A DNA stretch of 64,000 nucleotides, from IMG/VR virus record IMGVR_UViG_3300011855_000048, positions 1 through 64,000 of that record; one strand, written 5' to 3'. Below, piece by piece: positions 45,805-55,753 of the stretch. The DNA is from an uncultured virus (IMG/VR IMGVR_UViG_3300011855_000048) (lineage: Duplodnaviria; Heunggongvirae; Uroviricota; Caudoviricetes). The position numbers and the translations under genes were made by a program. Below the pieces are notes generated by a model that searched no databases, had not been told where the DNA came from, and saw nothing but the letters and a program-made list of their open reading frames with translations. Each line of letters begins with the position of its first letter. Within the stretch, counting starts at the first letter, position 1.

Positions 45805-46717
45805 CTTCTCCTCTCCTCGGAACCAATGCCCACTCAATCAAGGTCCCCGGTATGTTTTCTGAAAGCCATTCACAACGAGGCTTCCCATCAGTTGAATTAT
45901 AGCGGTATCTGGCGTGTCCAGTTAGTACTAGTAGTGATTCGGACTCCGCACAACCAGACCCTATAGGCCTTTTTATATCCTCAGAACCATTGCCACGTCC
46001 AGCATTTAAATGCCTTGAATGTCCGGAGGATAGTGCCAGAGACACAGATGAAATCTCGCTGACTGGAAGATTGTCGAAAACTGTAGCAAACGAGTTGTGG
46101 ATCCCTAAACCTAAGTCACAAATGATGAAAACTACTAAATTTTCTTCTTTGTTGTACCAAGAGCATTGCCACCATCTTTTCCCCCCCAAGCTCTCAAGCT
46201 GGCTTTTGAATGAGTGGTGCTCGTATGCATGGTAGGACACGTTGAGTATCGCTTCGTTCAATGCCGAGCTCATTAAAGAGAATGCGTCAGCATTTAGTAG
46301 TGCAGTTTCTTGAATGGTAGATACAGTATTTAACCAGTGTTCAAAGGGCTCAACAGCCGACTGATAGTACCTTTTTTCTTTGGTTAGCATCTCCAGTTTT
46401 TTCTGTGTGTTAGCAACCAAAGCTGCAGAGAGCCCTGTCTGAACTATCCACTTATGCCCTTCTAAATTGTCTTCTTTTTTAGGGAATTTGAAACGGATCT
46501 GGCTCTGAACTTTTGCAATCAGCTGTGCTCGGTTCACTATAGCAAAAAGTAAAACAGTGGCTGATGCGCTAGCGTACTCAACCTTAGACAAGTCAATCGT
46601 CAACTCACTATCCCTCTTTAACACAACTACATCAATCATGTTAAGGAAGTTCAATGTTGCTGGCCGATCTTCATCCGAATACACACAAAGGCGCCTCGGG
46701 CAGACTAATATCGTCAT
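45797..46717 (-). CDS. STAS-like plus GHKL/HATPase (anti-sigma-kinase-like) protein
   Basis: IDLSKVEYASAS (STAS-like); N box EAILNVSYHAY; G1 DLGLGI; G2 GRGNG; G3 GTLI. Confidence 0.8.
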   Translation of the reverse strand: MTILVCPRRLCVYSDEDRPATLNFLNMIDVVVLKRDSELTIDLSKVEYASASATVLLFAIVNRAQLIAKVQSQIRFKFPKKEDNLEGHKWIVQTGLSAALVANTQKKLEMLTKEKRYYQSAVEPFEHWLNTVSTIQETALLNADAFSLMSSALNEAILNVSYHAYEHHSFKSQLESLGGKRWWQCSWYNKEENLVVFIICDLGLGIHNSFATVFDNLPVSEISSVSLALSSGHSRHLNAGRGNGSEDIKRPIGSGCAESESLLVLTGHARYRYNSTDGKPRCEWLSENIPGTLIEWALVPRRGEDD

Positions 46718-46752
46718 CTGTGCAATCCCTGTCTGCTTCTGTTATTTACATG

Positions 46753-46787
46753 GAATATACCAAGTGAATATACCAACACTTTACCAA
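46753..46787. repeat. Direct repeats, probable integrase arm-type sites
   Basis: GAATATACCAA at 46753 and 46766 plus a degenerate third copy, next to the att core. Confidence 0.55.
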
Positions 46788-46798
46788 GCACACAAAGC

Positions 46799-46830
46799 AA
46801 CAAGGGGTCACCTTTCGGTAACCCCTTGTT
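46799..46830 (-). terminator. Hairpin downstream of the tRNA 3' end
   Basis: AACAAGGGGT..ACCCCTTGTT inverted repeat. Confidence 0.7.
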
Positions 46831-46835
46831 TTATA

Positions 46836-46895
46836 TGGCGGAAGCGCAGAGATTCGAACTCTGGGAGGGTTTCCCCTCGCCGGTTTTCAAGACCG
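46836..46895 (-). tRNA. serT: 3' fragment of tRNA-Ser(TGA), att junction (not a complete tRNA)
   Basis: Minus strand CGGTCTTGAAAACCGGCGAGGGGAAACCCTCCCAGAGTTCGAATCTCTGCGCTTCCGCCA; D-arm and 5' acceptor strand are absent. Confidence 0.9.
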
Positions 46896-46966
46896 AAGAA
46901 AAATCATTTAATATCAGCCACATAAATCAATTTGATAGAATAAAGGTTGTGATTTCATCTTTTACC

Positions 46967-46979
46967 AATCAATAGGTTA
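46967..46979. promoter_or_regulatory. IHF site near att
   Basis: AATCAATAGGTTA fits WATCAANNNNTTR. Confidence 0.55.
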
Positions 46980-47015
46980 CATCAGCCAAAAAGCCATTAT
47001 TCTACGGGTTTCCTC

Positions 47016-47333
47016 CTATACCGGCCCCGCCTCTCTATCGAAAACGGTTATCGTGTGAGTCAGCACACCGTGGACAGTAACCCCATCCAGAGCCTCACCC
47101 TCCAGCGCTTCGCCGTCGTCTGTTATGAGTGCTTGCCCCATAACTTTGGCAAAACAGCACCCGCCGTCGAACGAGGCTAAGACTGTATCGCCCTGCGCCG
47201 GTCTGTACGATTTGTCGAGAACAGCGTAGCCTGTAGTCGTCTCGATGATGAGACTGTTCGCGGTAACGTTGCATATGCTGTTAATCGACAGGCGGTCTTC
47301 AGTAAAATCGGCAGCGGGGCTCGGGAATCCCAT
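47016..47333 (-). CDS. UmuD'/HumD-like protein
   Basis: Starts MGFPSPAADF; lacks GDSM. Confidence 0.75.
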   Translation of the reverse strand: MGFPSPAADFTEDRLSINSICNVTANSLIIETTTGYAVLDKSYRPAQGDTVLASFDGGCCFAKVMGQALITDDGEALEGEALDGVTVHGVLTHTITVFDREAGPV

Positions 47334-47572
47334 CAGACGATCCTCCCCATGTTCATCGGCATCCATAGCCTGTTTTCGCTGAAGTCCGTAGTTTTATCAA
47401 CGAAGAATTTCTGGTTGTAGGCAATCCACTCATTGGCATCAGCCATGCTGAAATGCCAGTTCCTGGCTCCGAGTTCGCGCACGAAGTCCGCTGTGCGTAG
47501 GCACTGATAACCCTTTGGGTTGAGTTGAACAGCCGCGCAAAATGCGGCTTTGATGTCTGATGTGCGGGCCAT
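47333..47572 (-). CDS. Hypothetical SOS-regulated protein
   Basis: GGAG RBS; TGATG coupling to the next gene; LexA box upstream. Confidence 0.75.
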   Translation of the reverse strand: MARTSDIKAAFCAAVQLNPKGYQCLRTADFVRELGARNWHFSMADANEWIAYNQKFFVDKTTDFSENRLWMPMNMGRIV

Positions 47573-47589
47573 GATCTCCACCTCGACAA

Positions 47590-47609
47590 TACTGCATTTA
47601 TATACAGTA
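47590..47609. promoter_or_regulatory. LexA box
   Basis: TACTGCATTTATATACAGTA. Confidence 0.9.
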
Positions 47610-47872
47610 GTTTTATTAAGGATTAAGATCAATCGAGATTTTGACTATCAATTTCAACATTATGTTTAACTACATGAATCAAAAGTAAAAATTTAAATAA
47701 CTTTTAACATTTACATTTATCACCAAGATGCATGCGCTAAAATTAATGGTTACGCTATATTTTGATATTGAACTGGATTATTATACTTCTAATGTTTATT
47801 CAAAACAGAACCACTTGCTTTAAAAATCAATACCTTACCATGATCACTATATAAAAACACAAGGATTTTCGC

Positions 47873-48253
47873 ATGAGCAAAAGTAAACACCAAAAAAATA
47901 TAGTAACTGTCGGCAAAATGTTCAATTGTAAGGCCGCATTAGCAGCCCCAGCTGGCACTGATATTAATACTGATTTTCATGTTGGAGAAATGCACAACGT
48001 TGAATATGCCGCATATTATTTTGAAACTCTAGAATCACAAATAACTGCATTATTCCAAGATGGAATCCCTGATGATAAATTAAAAGAGATAGTGTCCTAT
48101 ATATGCAACAAACAAGACATTAATGATGATAAAAAAATAAAAGCAATTAATGAAGCAAAGGAGAAGTATGAAACTGGGACTATTGATAAATGGTTATCTA
48201 GAGGAGATAAGATATCTTCAATTGTTAGCGCCTTAATTAATTTACCTAATTAG
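47873..48253 (+). CDS. AT-rich orphan moron
   Basis: AAGGA RBS; 126 aa; opposite strand to the tail operon. Confidence 0.7.
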   Translation: MSKSKHQKNIVTVGKMFNCKAALAAPAGTDINTDFHVGEMHNVEYAAYYFETLESQITALFQDGIPDDKLKEIVSYICNKQDINDDKKIKAINEAKEKYETGTIDKWLSRGDKISSIVSALINLPN

Positions 48254-48369
48254 CCATTTTCTCACCTCAACAAGGTGTGAAAAGAACAATATAAAAAGTG
48301 GGGATATATATCCTCCACCATATCAAGTATACATGCGGCTATCCAGCATAAACTAGCCGCAATTATAAT

Positions 48370-49149
48370 TTACAGTGATAATCCTCGATACGCGAAATAT
48401 GTTTTCAGAAAATCATAGTTGAGCGCTATTTCGTTATCAGTCAAAGCACGATTGTAAATAAACGTGGACGCCATCTCTTTGTAGCTGACAGAGTCCTGAC
48501 CACCACCGCGCCCCTGCCCGATGCTCATCACCTGACCGCCATTGCGCATGTCGCGGACCAGCCCTGCGACGCTCTGGCTTTGCGCGGATATGCCTCTCGT
48601 CAGGTCCAGGATTTTCACCATGACGCGCCCGCCCTCGATCCACACTTTACCTGCGATACAACGCCATTCGCCAGTATCCCAGGTTGTCGGGATGGCGGCG
48701 GGCGCTGCTATCGTTGCGAGAATGTTGCTCGTCGCAGCACCTTCAACTCCGGAATACGCAGATGCCGAAGCAAATACACCCCCGGATGACAGCAGGCCCA
48801 CACCAAACCCTCGGGCCGTTTTTCCGGTATTCGGATAGATACCTGCGAGGGTTGAGTTAGAGCCCGTTCCCGACGCGAACGCGCGCAGCACAATGATAAA
48901 CGTGGCCTCCTCAAAATCGAGGAACGGCGTTAATACCGAATTCTGCGCAATCAGCCGGGAGGAATAATCTGTGACCTGTACCGGTGCGCCGAAGATTGAC
49001 AGCGCCTCACCGTTTCGCAACTGGTTCTGTACCAGTGTTGCTCCGGCGAAGTTGATACACTGAATCCCGTCCATCACCGGCAGGGATTTGATAAATTTAG
49101 ACGGAGCGGATGACAGGCGCGTGTTTTTAGCGTAGAGGTCTAATGACAT
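48370..49149 (-). CDS. Beta-rich (LamG/ConA-like) partner of the tailspike
   Basis: IYNRALTDNEI C-terminal motif; TAATG coupling to the upstream gene. Confidence 0.65.
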   Translation of the reverse strand: MSLDLYAKNTRLSSAPSKFIKSLPVMDGIQCINFAGATLVQNQLRNGEALSIFGAPVQVTDYSSRLIAQNSVLTPFLDFEEATFIIVLRAFASGTGSNSTLAGIYPNTGKTARGFGVGLLSSGGVFASASAYSGVEGAATSNILATIAAPAAIPTTWDTGEWRCIAGKVWIEGGRVMVKILDLTRGISAQSQSVAGLVRDMRNGGQVMSIGQGRGGGQDSVSYKEMASTFIYNRALTDNEIALNYDFLKTYFAYRGLSL

Positions 49150-51179
49150 TAAATTTTCTCCGAAATAACGGAATCGCGGGCGCACCAGTTAAACAACGGA
49201 TACGGCTTATCGAGCAGTTCAGGAATATTTTCTGCAGCGGGCTGGGTTGTCCCCTCGTGATATTCCCAAGAGAACATTGATACTGACGGGTCGCTATCAG
49301 CGATATTGTGTACACCGGCATGATTTGCCAGGTCTCCCAGCGTCACCCGCACTTCACCGGATAACTGGCGGGAGCAGGTAATCTGAATGACGCAGGGGGC
49401 TACCACCTGCACGTCGAGGTCACTACCGACCAGAATCCCGACATCGTCAATCACCGTAAATCCCCGATCTGAATAATTTACCGGCGCCCATTTGTCGTAC
49501 GCGGTTTTAAACTGGATAGGGGGAGCGGGGACTTTTACACCAACGTATATTTTATCCCCGGTATGTTTCACGGACACAATTTTGAACGTCGGCTGTTTCG
49601 AGCCGTTCATTGCTCGATGCAGTGATTTTGCGATATTCGCCCCCAGCCAGCGGTATGAATTGCTCGATAAATGGGCACCAGGGCCAGGGTACTGATGATG
49701 GCACCCGGCTAACGACACGTCAGCGTGCGCATCGCAGAACGCTGTGATCGCGCGAGCTGCAGCGTCGTGTGTTGCATCATACGCAAACTGCCCTCCGAAT
49801 TGCGTCAGCGCGATATGCACGTCAGTGTCCTGACCGAACGCACTGCGCACCGCGCTATTCATCGAGTCACGTAGCGTTTCGAGCGCGCCATAATAGTACT
49901 CATACGATTGTGAGTTATCCGCCTCGCCCTGGACGTAATAAATCCCGCAGGAGCCGACTGAATACCCCGCCGCGTCAGCAGCGGCTTTAAATCCGGCAAG
50001 CATGGATGTGAACCGCCCCCATGACTGTCCTGCAGCAGGGCTAAGTTTCGCTATCGTAGCGCCAGAAACTCCGGCGCTGCCGCCAGCAAAAAGACTGTCC
50101 GTATCGTTCTCCTTCAGCATTTTTCGGTTATGCAAATATTTTGCAGTATTCACTATGCCCGATACTACGGTCTCACCCCACGTTGTCGCCTGCACTACTT
50201 CCACAAGAGGAACAAGGTTATTACCGCCAACTGCACCATACTCGTATACCGTTGAACCGCTGGTAAAATTCTGCCCACGTGGAGAATTGCCGAGCATCAT
50301 ATTTCCGAACATCTGCGTTGTACTCAGCGCATATGCTGTATCAGCACCAACCGCGTTGGACTGCCCGTAAACAATAATGATATTGAGTCTTCTGTCTGCG
50401 ACGCTGCAATTAAGTATATGCGGGGCTGACTCTCCAGTTGCCATTGCAGATGCCAGGGCCTGCAATTGGGCAATAACGTCGTTACCGCCCCCAGCAGTGT
50501 TACCATCAGAAATAATACACCCGTAGATCTCGCCGTCATTAGTGATTGCATACACAATGTTTCCGTCGGCATCAATAATACGGATTATATGACCATCGGC
50601 ACCGGCATCTATTTTAAACTCTCCGTTTTCCAGTTTTTTACCGTTTAGCACAAAGTCATCAGTTCGTATCTGCAGCGTTCCAGACTCCTCATCCTCGCCG
50701 AGATCACCACGGATATTCCTGTCTGCGTCCAGAATATTTATGAGAGTTTTTGTGTCAGTAGTATTCGCCGTTAACAGAGATAGGACTGGATTAATTGCAT
50801 CGGAAATAGTTTGCTCGGATGGCATCACTCGCCATGTAGGCTCTAGCACCCCTCCATTATTAATCACTTCAAATGCCAGGGCTTTATCGCTAGGGCTTCG
50901 CACATAGGCTGTTGCCCCCTCTGGGATATTAGCAATATCCGCCTGCGCGTCGTCAAGTGTCATGTATTGGCGACTGAGTGGGATTAGATTCTGCCGTGTA
51001 TCATTTATAAGGTCATCATTTTTCTTAACGATACCTTTCCACGACGGAAGCTTTTCCCCTGTGCGGGACTCGACCTCTAATTCCTCCCCATTTAATAAAC
51101 TATCCTGAACTCGATTATCATCAAAAATATCGCGCATGTCAGCTGACGGCACAGGATTATTAGTTTTATATAATTCCAT
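49149..51179 (-). CDS. Tailspike-like protein with SGNH/sialate O-acetylesterase-like domain
   Basis: YKTNNPVPS..QYMTLDDAQADIANIP tailspike N-terminus; GQSN, QGEAD and a His motif. Confidence 0.75.
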   Translation of the reverse strand: MELYKTNNPVPSADMRDIFDDNRVQDSLLNGEELEVESRTGEKLPSWKGIVKKNDDLINDTRQNLIPLSRQYMTLDDAQADIANIPEGATAYVRSPSDKALAFEVINNGGVLEPTWRVMPSEQTISDAINPVLSLLTANTTDTKTLINILDADRNIRGDLGEDEESGTLQIRTDDFVLNGKKLENGEFKIDAGADGHIIRIIDADGNIVYAITNDGEIYGCIISDGNTAGGGNDVIAQLQALASAMATGESAPHILNCSVADRRLNIIIVYGQSNAVGADTAYALSTTQMFGNMMLGNSPRGQNFTSGSTVYEYGAVGGNNLVPLVEVVQATTWGETVVSGIVNTAKYLHNRKMLKENDTDSLFAGGSAGVSGATIAKLSPAAGQSWGRFTSMLAGFKAAADAAGYSVGSCGIYYVQGEADNSQSYEYYYGALETLRDSMNSAVRSAFGQDTDVHIALTQFGGQFAYDATHDAAARAITAFCDAHADVSLAGCHHQYPGPGAHLSSNSYRWLGANIAKSLHRAMNGSKQPTFKIVSVKHTGDKIYVGVKVPAPPIQFKTAYDKWAPVNYSDRGFTVIDDVGILVGSDLDVQVVAPCVIQITCSRQLSGEVRVTLGDLANHAGVHNIADSDPSVSMFSWEYHEGTTQPAAENIPELLDKPYPLFNWCARDSVISEKI

Positions 51180-51195
51180 ATTTACCTCAGAGGGA

Positions 51196-51774
51196 TCAAC
51201 GCGGTTGTTCGGGCCAGGCAATATCAGGGGCAGTGCTGGTATCAATGCGGTTCAGGAGGACGCGGTATTTTTTCCACTGCTCAAGGTTCGTCGTTTCGTC
51301 GTCGGTTGCCAGTTCCAACTCTACGGCATCCTGCAGCGTCGAGATGGTTTCGCCGGCAGCCTGCATTAGCGCTTTTTTCATGCTCTCTGCATCGCGGATC
51401 TGCGCACGCTTTTCGGCTTCAGTATCGGCGACCCACTGGCTGCCGTCCCACTTCTGGTAGCTACCGTCCGGCGCCAGGGACGTGACACCATCGGGCAACG
51501 GCCCCAGCTCAATGATGCGCACGGCAGCGCCGCTATCAGTGCGGTAGACAGTCAGACCACGATGATCTTCCTGCACCGACCATTCACCCGTATCGTGGTC
51601 GAACACCCCGGCGAATCCCTCGGGGATCTCCGGCGGCTCAATCTCAGTGCAGTATGCCGGCAGGCCGGTGCGTGGAGCGATATATGCATCGCCGGCGCCG
51701 ATAAACTCCTGAGTATCTGCACGCAGGTTAAAAATGCGGATGGTCTGGGCGGTGTCGGTCATTTCGAATGCCAT
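51196..51774 (-). CDS. tfa: Tail fibre assembly protein (Tfa)
   Basis: [15 protein letters not shown] and [22 protein letters not shown] motifs. Confidence 0.92.
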   Translation of the reverse strand: MAFEMTDTAQTIRIFNLRADTQEFIGAGDAYIAPRTGLPAYCTEIEPPEIPEGFAGVFDHDTGEWSVQEDHRGLTVYRTDSGAAVRIIELGPLPDGVTSLAPDGSYQKWDGSQWVADTEAEKRAQIRDAESMKKALMQAAGETISTLQDAVELELATDDETTNLEQWKKYRVLLNRIDTSTAPDIAWPEQPR

Positions 51775-52676
51775 TATGCGAGCCTCACGATGTAGTTGAA
51801 TGCGATGTTTTTAACGGTGTTTTCCGCGTTGCCGACGGCGGCCACGGTAACGTTATGGCCGTGCGCGCCCAGCGCGACGGTGTGCGAGTGGTCTCCGATG
51901 CCGACGGTATGGTTATGCGCGCCGATGCCCACGCTGTGGGAGTGGTCGCCCACTGATGACGTCTCTTTGTTCGGCGTCCACCAGCCAGTCGACCCACCGG
52001 ATACGTGATTCTGGTTCTGGTCCTGCGTCAGGACGTTGCCCGGGATGGTGTGGGAGTGGCCCCCGGTGGCGTTGGTCGTTTTCGTGCCGTAGTCGAATGT
52101 GCTCGACGTTTTCGTGCCGTAGTCAAAGCTGGATGTCCATTTAGTCCCGAGGTCGACGCTATCGGCGCTGGCGCCGTGGCTATGCGACTTGATGCCATCC
52201 TGCTCCTGAGAGAGCACGGCGCGGCCGGAGGCGGGCTTGCCTTTAATTGTCCAGCCCCGCATATCCGGCAGCGTGCCGGACGGGTAGACAGCGGCCAGGC
52301 GCGGGTATGCGGCTTTATCAAATGTCTGCCCCTGCATCGCGGCGAACCCGCTGGGCGGCGTGTCTGACGGGAACGGCAGCGGTACGCCGACGGGGATCTG
52401 CGCCATTGCACCCATGCTGATCGCATTCGAGAGCGCCAGCACCAGCGATGATGTGTTGCCGTCATCAAGAACGTCCCGGCCGGTGCTGTCAGCAATGAAC
52501 TGCGCCAGCACGCTTGCCATCACGGTGCCCTGACGCAGCGCCTTGTTGACCTGGCCTGAGCGTGCAATCCCCGCAGCAAATCCGGTGGAAAGGGCCACCA
52601 GCCCTTCGTATTCGCTCTGCGTCGACACGTTAGCGCCGGCCCCGATCGCGAACGGCTTAAATTGGTTAACTGCCAT
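51774..52676 (-). CDS. Tail fibre with collar and lambda-Stf-like tip
   Basis: [19 protein letters not shown], HxH repeats and [14 protein letters not shown]. Confidence 0.9.
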   Translation of the reverse strand: MAVNQFKPFAIGAGANVSTQSEYEGLVALSTGFAAGIARSGQVNKALRQGTVMASVLAQFIADSTGRDVLDDGNTSSLVLALSNAISMGAMAQIPVGVPLPFPSDTPPSGFAAMQGQTFDKAAYPRLAAVYPSGTLPDMRGWTIKGKPASGRAVLSQEQDGIKSHSHGASADSVDLGTKWTSSFDYGTKTSSTFDYGTKTTNATGGHSHTIPGNVLTQDQNQNHVSGGSTGWWTPNKETSSVGDHSHSVGIGAHNHTVGIGDHSHTVALGAHGHNVTVAAVGNAENTVKNIAFNYIVRLA

Positions 52677-53449
52677 CAGAATGCCTCTCCCCAAGCGCCG
52701 GACTCGAAGCCGGCGATATAGTCAGTTTCGGTATCGAAGCCGAAGAATTTGTAGCCGTTAGACGGCGTTACGGTTTCGCGAATGCGTACGCCGGCAGCTT
52801 TCACAGTCAGCAGCCCGTTGCGGATCACGAAGACGAACTCGGCGGGTAATTTTTCAATCGGGTTAATGTCGTAGCGCGACGGCTTGTAGTCCGCCGGCAG
52901 CGGCACCAGCGGCCCGCGGTTAATCGCCGAGTCGAATATCAGCCGGTCGATGCTCGATATGATGTATTCCGGGTCGACGACGATCAGCACCGAGATCGAC
53001 ATATCCTGGTTGTCCAGAATCATCATCTGAATGCCGGTGCCCTCCAGCGCGGTTTCCAGAATGCCCTGCAGGCTCTCGTTCTGACCGTTCCAGGCGTTGA
53101 TGCCGACTTTCGCCTTCAGGACTATGCGGTAGACCTCATCGGAGAGGTTCACCATGCCGTCGATGGAGTCGTAGGGCCCGAGCCAGATGCCCTGGTCCCA
53201 CCCGACGCGCTCCTTGTCGAATTCAAGAAAGATGCCGGTGATTGGCGCGGCCACGGAGCGCCGGCGCCCTATCCACTCTCCGAGTATGTCCAGCTGCTCG
53301 CCGACGGCGGTATCGATGTCGAACGCCGACAACATGCCGCCGGTCGCCGCCGATACGTCAATCAGCGGCCGGGTGGACAGGTCGACGTGCTGATAAAACA
53401 GCGGCTTCGTCGCGTGATAGTTTGTGATCAGCTCGGTGTATTTGCTCAT
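52676..53449 (-). CDS. Baseplate wedge protein (DUF2612-like)
   Basis: [19 protein letters not shown] motif. Confidence 0.8.
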   Translation of the reverse strand: MSKYTELITNYHATKPLFYQHVDLSTRPLIDVSAATGGMLSAFDIDTAVGEQLDILGEWIGRRRSVAAPITGIFLEFDKERVGWDQGIWLGPYDSIDGMVNLSDEVYRIVLKAKVGINAWNGQNESLQGILETALEGTGIQMMILDNQDMSISVLIVVDPEYIISSIDRLIFDSAINRGPLVPLPADYKPSRYDINPIEKLPAEFVFVIRNGLLTVKAAGVRIRETVTPSNGYKFFGFDTETDYIAGFESGAWGEAF

Positions 53450-54645
53450 GGCGCCACCGTGATCACGATATTGTCGGTGCTGCAGGACGCCGATTCGTCG
53501 TAGCGCATTACCACGTTCGCCGCGGCTACCGAATCATCAGAGCGGCCAATCAGCAGCTCGTTGATGTCGTAGTAGCGGGCGTTGCCGCCGCTGACGACAC
53601 CGAGGTTTGCGGGAGAATAGACGCGGCTCAGCAGCACGTTGGCGCCGATTGCCAGCGAGTTGATGTAGTCCGCTATCTCCTGGCGCATCTGCGCGCCGAT
53701 TTCCGAGGTGTAGCCGGTGAACACCTTGATGGTGATAGCCACGTAAATCGGCACGTCTACCGGGCGGGAGAAGCGGATTGTGTAGGGGTTGCCGTACTTG
53801 TCCGCGACAACGATCGCGGTGGTGCCGAACGTTGATACCCCCTGCCCCTTCACGCCCCGGATGGTTTTGGCGATAGTCTCCGCATCGCCGCCCTCGACGA
53901 TGGCCGAAATGGAGTGCGCCGGCAGCCCATTGGCGTCGGTTTCCTCGGTGTCGTTTTCATAGAGCTTGTGACGTGTCACGCCGTCAACGTTGGCAATTGC
54001 CCCATCCACGGCGTCGAAGGGCGTCAGCGACGGCAGCGCGACGCTCTGGCGCTGCCGGGTGCGCAGCTCTGCGTCGGTTTCTGCGGCAGTGCCCACGGCG
54101 GCCGCCAGGGGGTTGGTGACAGATACCCAGCCGCGCGTCGGGGTGCTAATTTGCGTCACCGTGCCGGGCATCGCGGCCACGGCGCCGGTGCTCGAACAGG
54201 TGGCGGTGGCCACTACCGTGCCGGCAGTGCCGATCACAACCCGCGCCGGCAGGTCCCAGGTGACGCCGTTGACATCCCGCACAGTGCCATTTGTAACGGT
54301 GGTGCCGGGCGTGCCGGTCAGCACCAGGTCGACGGTCGAGTTGGTGGCCGCGCGCCGGGTGATGCCGTTGATTTTCACATTGCTGGTCAGCGCATCGGAC
54401 ATGGCCGTCGTCGGCGAGAAAGAGCGGTAGACAGCGATCGCGGTGTTGTTCGCGTCGTGAATGGCCAGCGCCACCAGCGCGACCAGTTGGCCATCTTTGC
54501 TGTCCGGCTCCAGGTAGGCATCGTTGCCGTAAATCTGTCGGAAGTAGCCGGTGATAGTGCTCAGCACCGTCTGATAGTCGGGCGCAGTTATCCCCTCAGC
54601 GGTTACCGTTGCCGATAAGCCGAGTGAGTCAAGGTCTAAGGCCAT
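53446..54645 (-). CDS. Baseplate J / Mu gp47-like protein
   Basis: GTAAETDAELRTR motif; synteny. Confidence 0.88.
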   Translation of the reverse strand: MALDLDSLGLSATVTAEGITAPDYQTVLSTITGYFRQIYGNDAYLEPDSKDGQLVALVALAIHDANNTAIAVYRSFSPTTAMSDALTSNVKINGITRRAATNSTVDLVLTGTPGTTVTNGTVRDVNGVTWDLPARVVIGTAGTVVATATCSSTGAVAAMPGTVTQISTPTRGWVSVTNPLAAAVGTAAETDAELRTRQRQSVALPSLTPFDAVDGAIANVDGVTRHKLYENDTEETDANGLPAHSISAIVEGGDAETIAKTIRGVKGQGVSTFGTTAIVVADKYGNPYTIRFSRPVDVPIYVAITIKVFTGYTSEIGAQMRQEIADYINSLAIGANVLLSRVYSPANLGVVSGGNARYYDINELLIGRSDDSVAAANVVMRYDESASCSTDNIVITVAP

Positions 54646-54998
54646 TACGCCTCCGAGTTTACTGTCGTTGTTCCGTAGAGGGTGTCGATGGTTGCCGTGA
54701 ACGATACGCGCCGGGTGCGGCCGTCGACAGCGGTGTTGAAGTCGATGATAGATTTCACGCCCCTGGTGCGCAGGATGCGCTGGCGGATCGCCAGGTTATA
54801 GGTTTCGGGCCTCTGCTTGCCGAGTACAGACTGGATCCACGGCGTGCCCTCGGTGGTATCGAGGAACCACTGACCGTACCAGAGCATGAAGCGCGTTTTC
54901 ACCGCCTGGGCTACCGTGTCCGGGGAGTTGATCAGCCAGGTATCATCGCCCTGGCCGAACGAATAATCTCCATCAGCGTCTTCGCGTCGATATCGCAT
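54645..54998 (-). CDS. Baseplate wedge (gp25/gp46-like)
   Basis: GQWFLDTTEGTPW motif; position between spike and J. Confidence 0.7.
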   Translation of the reverse strand: MRYRREDADGDYSFGQGDDTWLINSPDTVAQAVKTRFMLWYGQWFLDTTEGTPWIQSVLGKQRPETYNLAIRQRILRTRGVKSIIDFNTAVDGRTRRVSFTATIDTLYGTTTVNSEA

Positions 54999-55753
54999 CA
55001 GTTAGGTGCTCCTGTGCTGTCGTTCCCACGCTCAACGCCGCCGTGCGTGTGCGTTATCTGGCTCTTGCCGCCGGCGATAACATCCTCAGTGACGGTGACC
55101 GGTCCGCGCATCGTCGCGCCGCCGCCTGCTTCACCCATGCCCTGCGTCAGAGTGCCGTTGATGGTGACGTTGCCGTTGAGCGTGATCGTCGGCGAGGTGA
55201 TGGTTGTGCCGCCCTCTGCGGTCGCAGTCAGCGCACCTGGGGTTTGCACAGTGATGTCGTGCCCGGCGGACACTTCAACAAATGCCGCGCCGTCGTCGGT
55301 GCGCAGCTGGGCGGCCGTGGTGCTGATACCGCTGATTTTCTGCGCCTGCGACTGCGGGCCTACGATGGCGAACGCGTCGGACAGGTCGTGCATCCGACTG
55401 TCGACCGGCTCCTGCACGCCGCCATTCTGCCACCAGAAGTCGATACAGCGATCGGCGAAAATCACAAGACACTCGTCGCCCGGCGACACCGGGAACGTTA
55501 GCGTACAGCCACCGCCGCGGGGGAATGCTACCGGCACGTCCACCAGCAACGGGTAATCAGCGGTGCTGGTGTTGCCGTCGTTATCCCGCTCAACCGCGCG
55601 GATCGCAGGCTGAATCACGGCAGTGATGGTGTCGGGGTCAAACGACTGAATAATGCCGGGCATCGCGACGCGCAGTTGCTCGCTGCCGGTCTTGCGCTCA
55701 GAGGTCAGCGCCTCCGCGAGAGACCCGGATCGGGTTTGGCTTGATACGGCCAT
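54998..55753 (-). CDS. Baseplate spike (gpV/Gp138-like)
   Basis: PVSPGDECLVIFADRCID and C-terminal HTHGGV. Confidence 0.85.
   Translation of the reverse strand: MAVSSQTRSGSLAEALTSERKTGSEQLRVAMPGIIQSFDPDTITAVIQPAIRAVERDNDGNTSTADYPLLVDVPVAFPRGGGCTLTFPVSPGDECLVIFADRCIDFWWQNGGVQEPVDSRMHDLSDAFAIVGPQSQAQKISGISTTAAQLRTDDGAAFVEVSAGHDITVQTPGALTATAEGGTTITSPTITLNGNVTINGTLTQGMGEAGGGATMRGPVTVTEDVIAGGKSQITHTHGGVERGNDSTGAPN

Larger units (their letters stand above)
1..46895. mobile_element. Prophage 1, lambdoid siphophage; left end lies outside the window
   Basis: Complete int-to-tail gene order; no second att copy seen in the window. Confidence 0.92.

Noticed and set aside
46836..46895. Functional tRNA-Ser
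   Set aside because: The 5' half is missing.
52078..52124. Short direct repeat in the tail fibre
   Set aside because: Encodes the ordinary DYGTKT repeat of Stf-like fibres.
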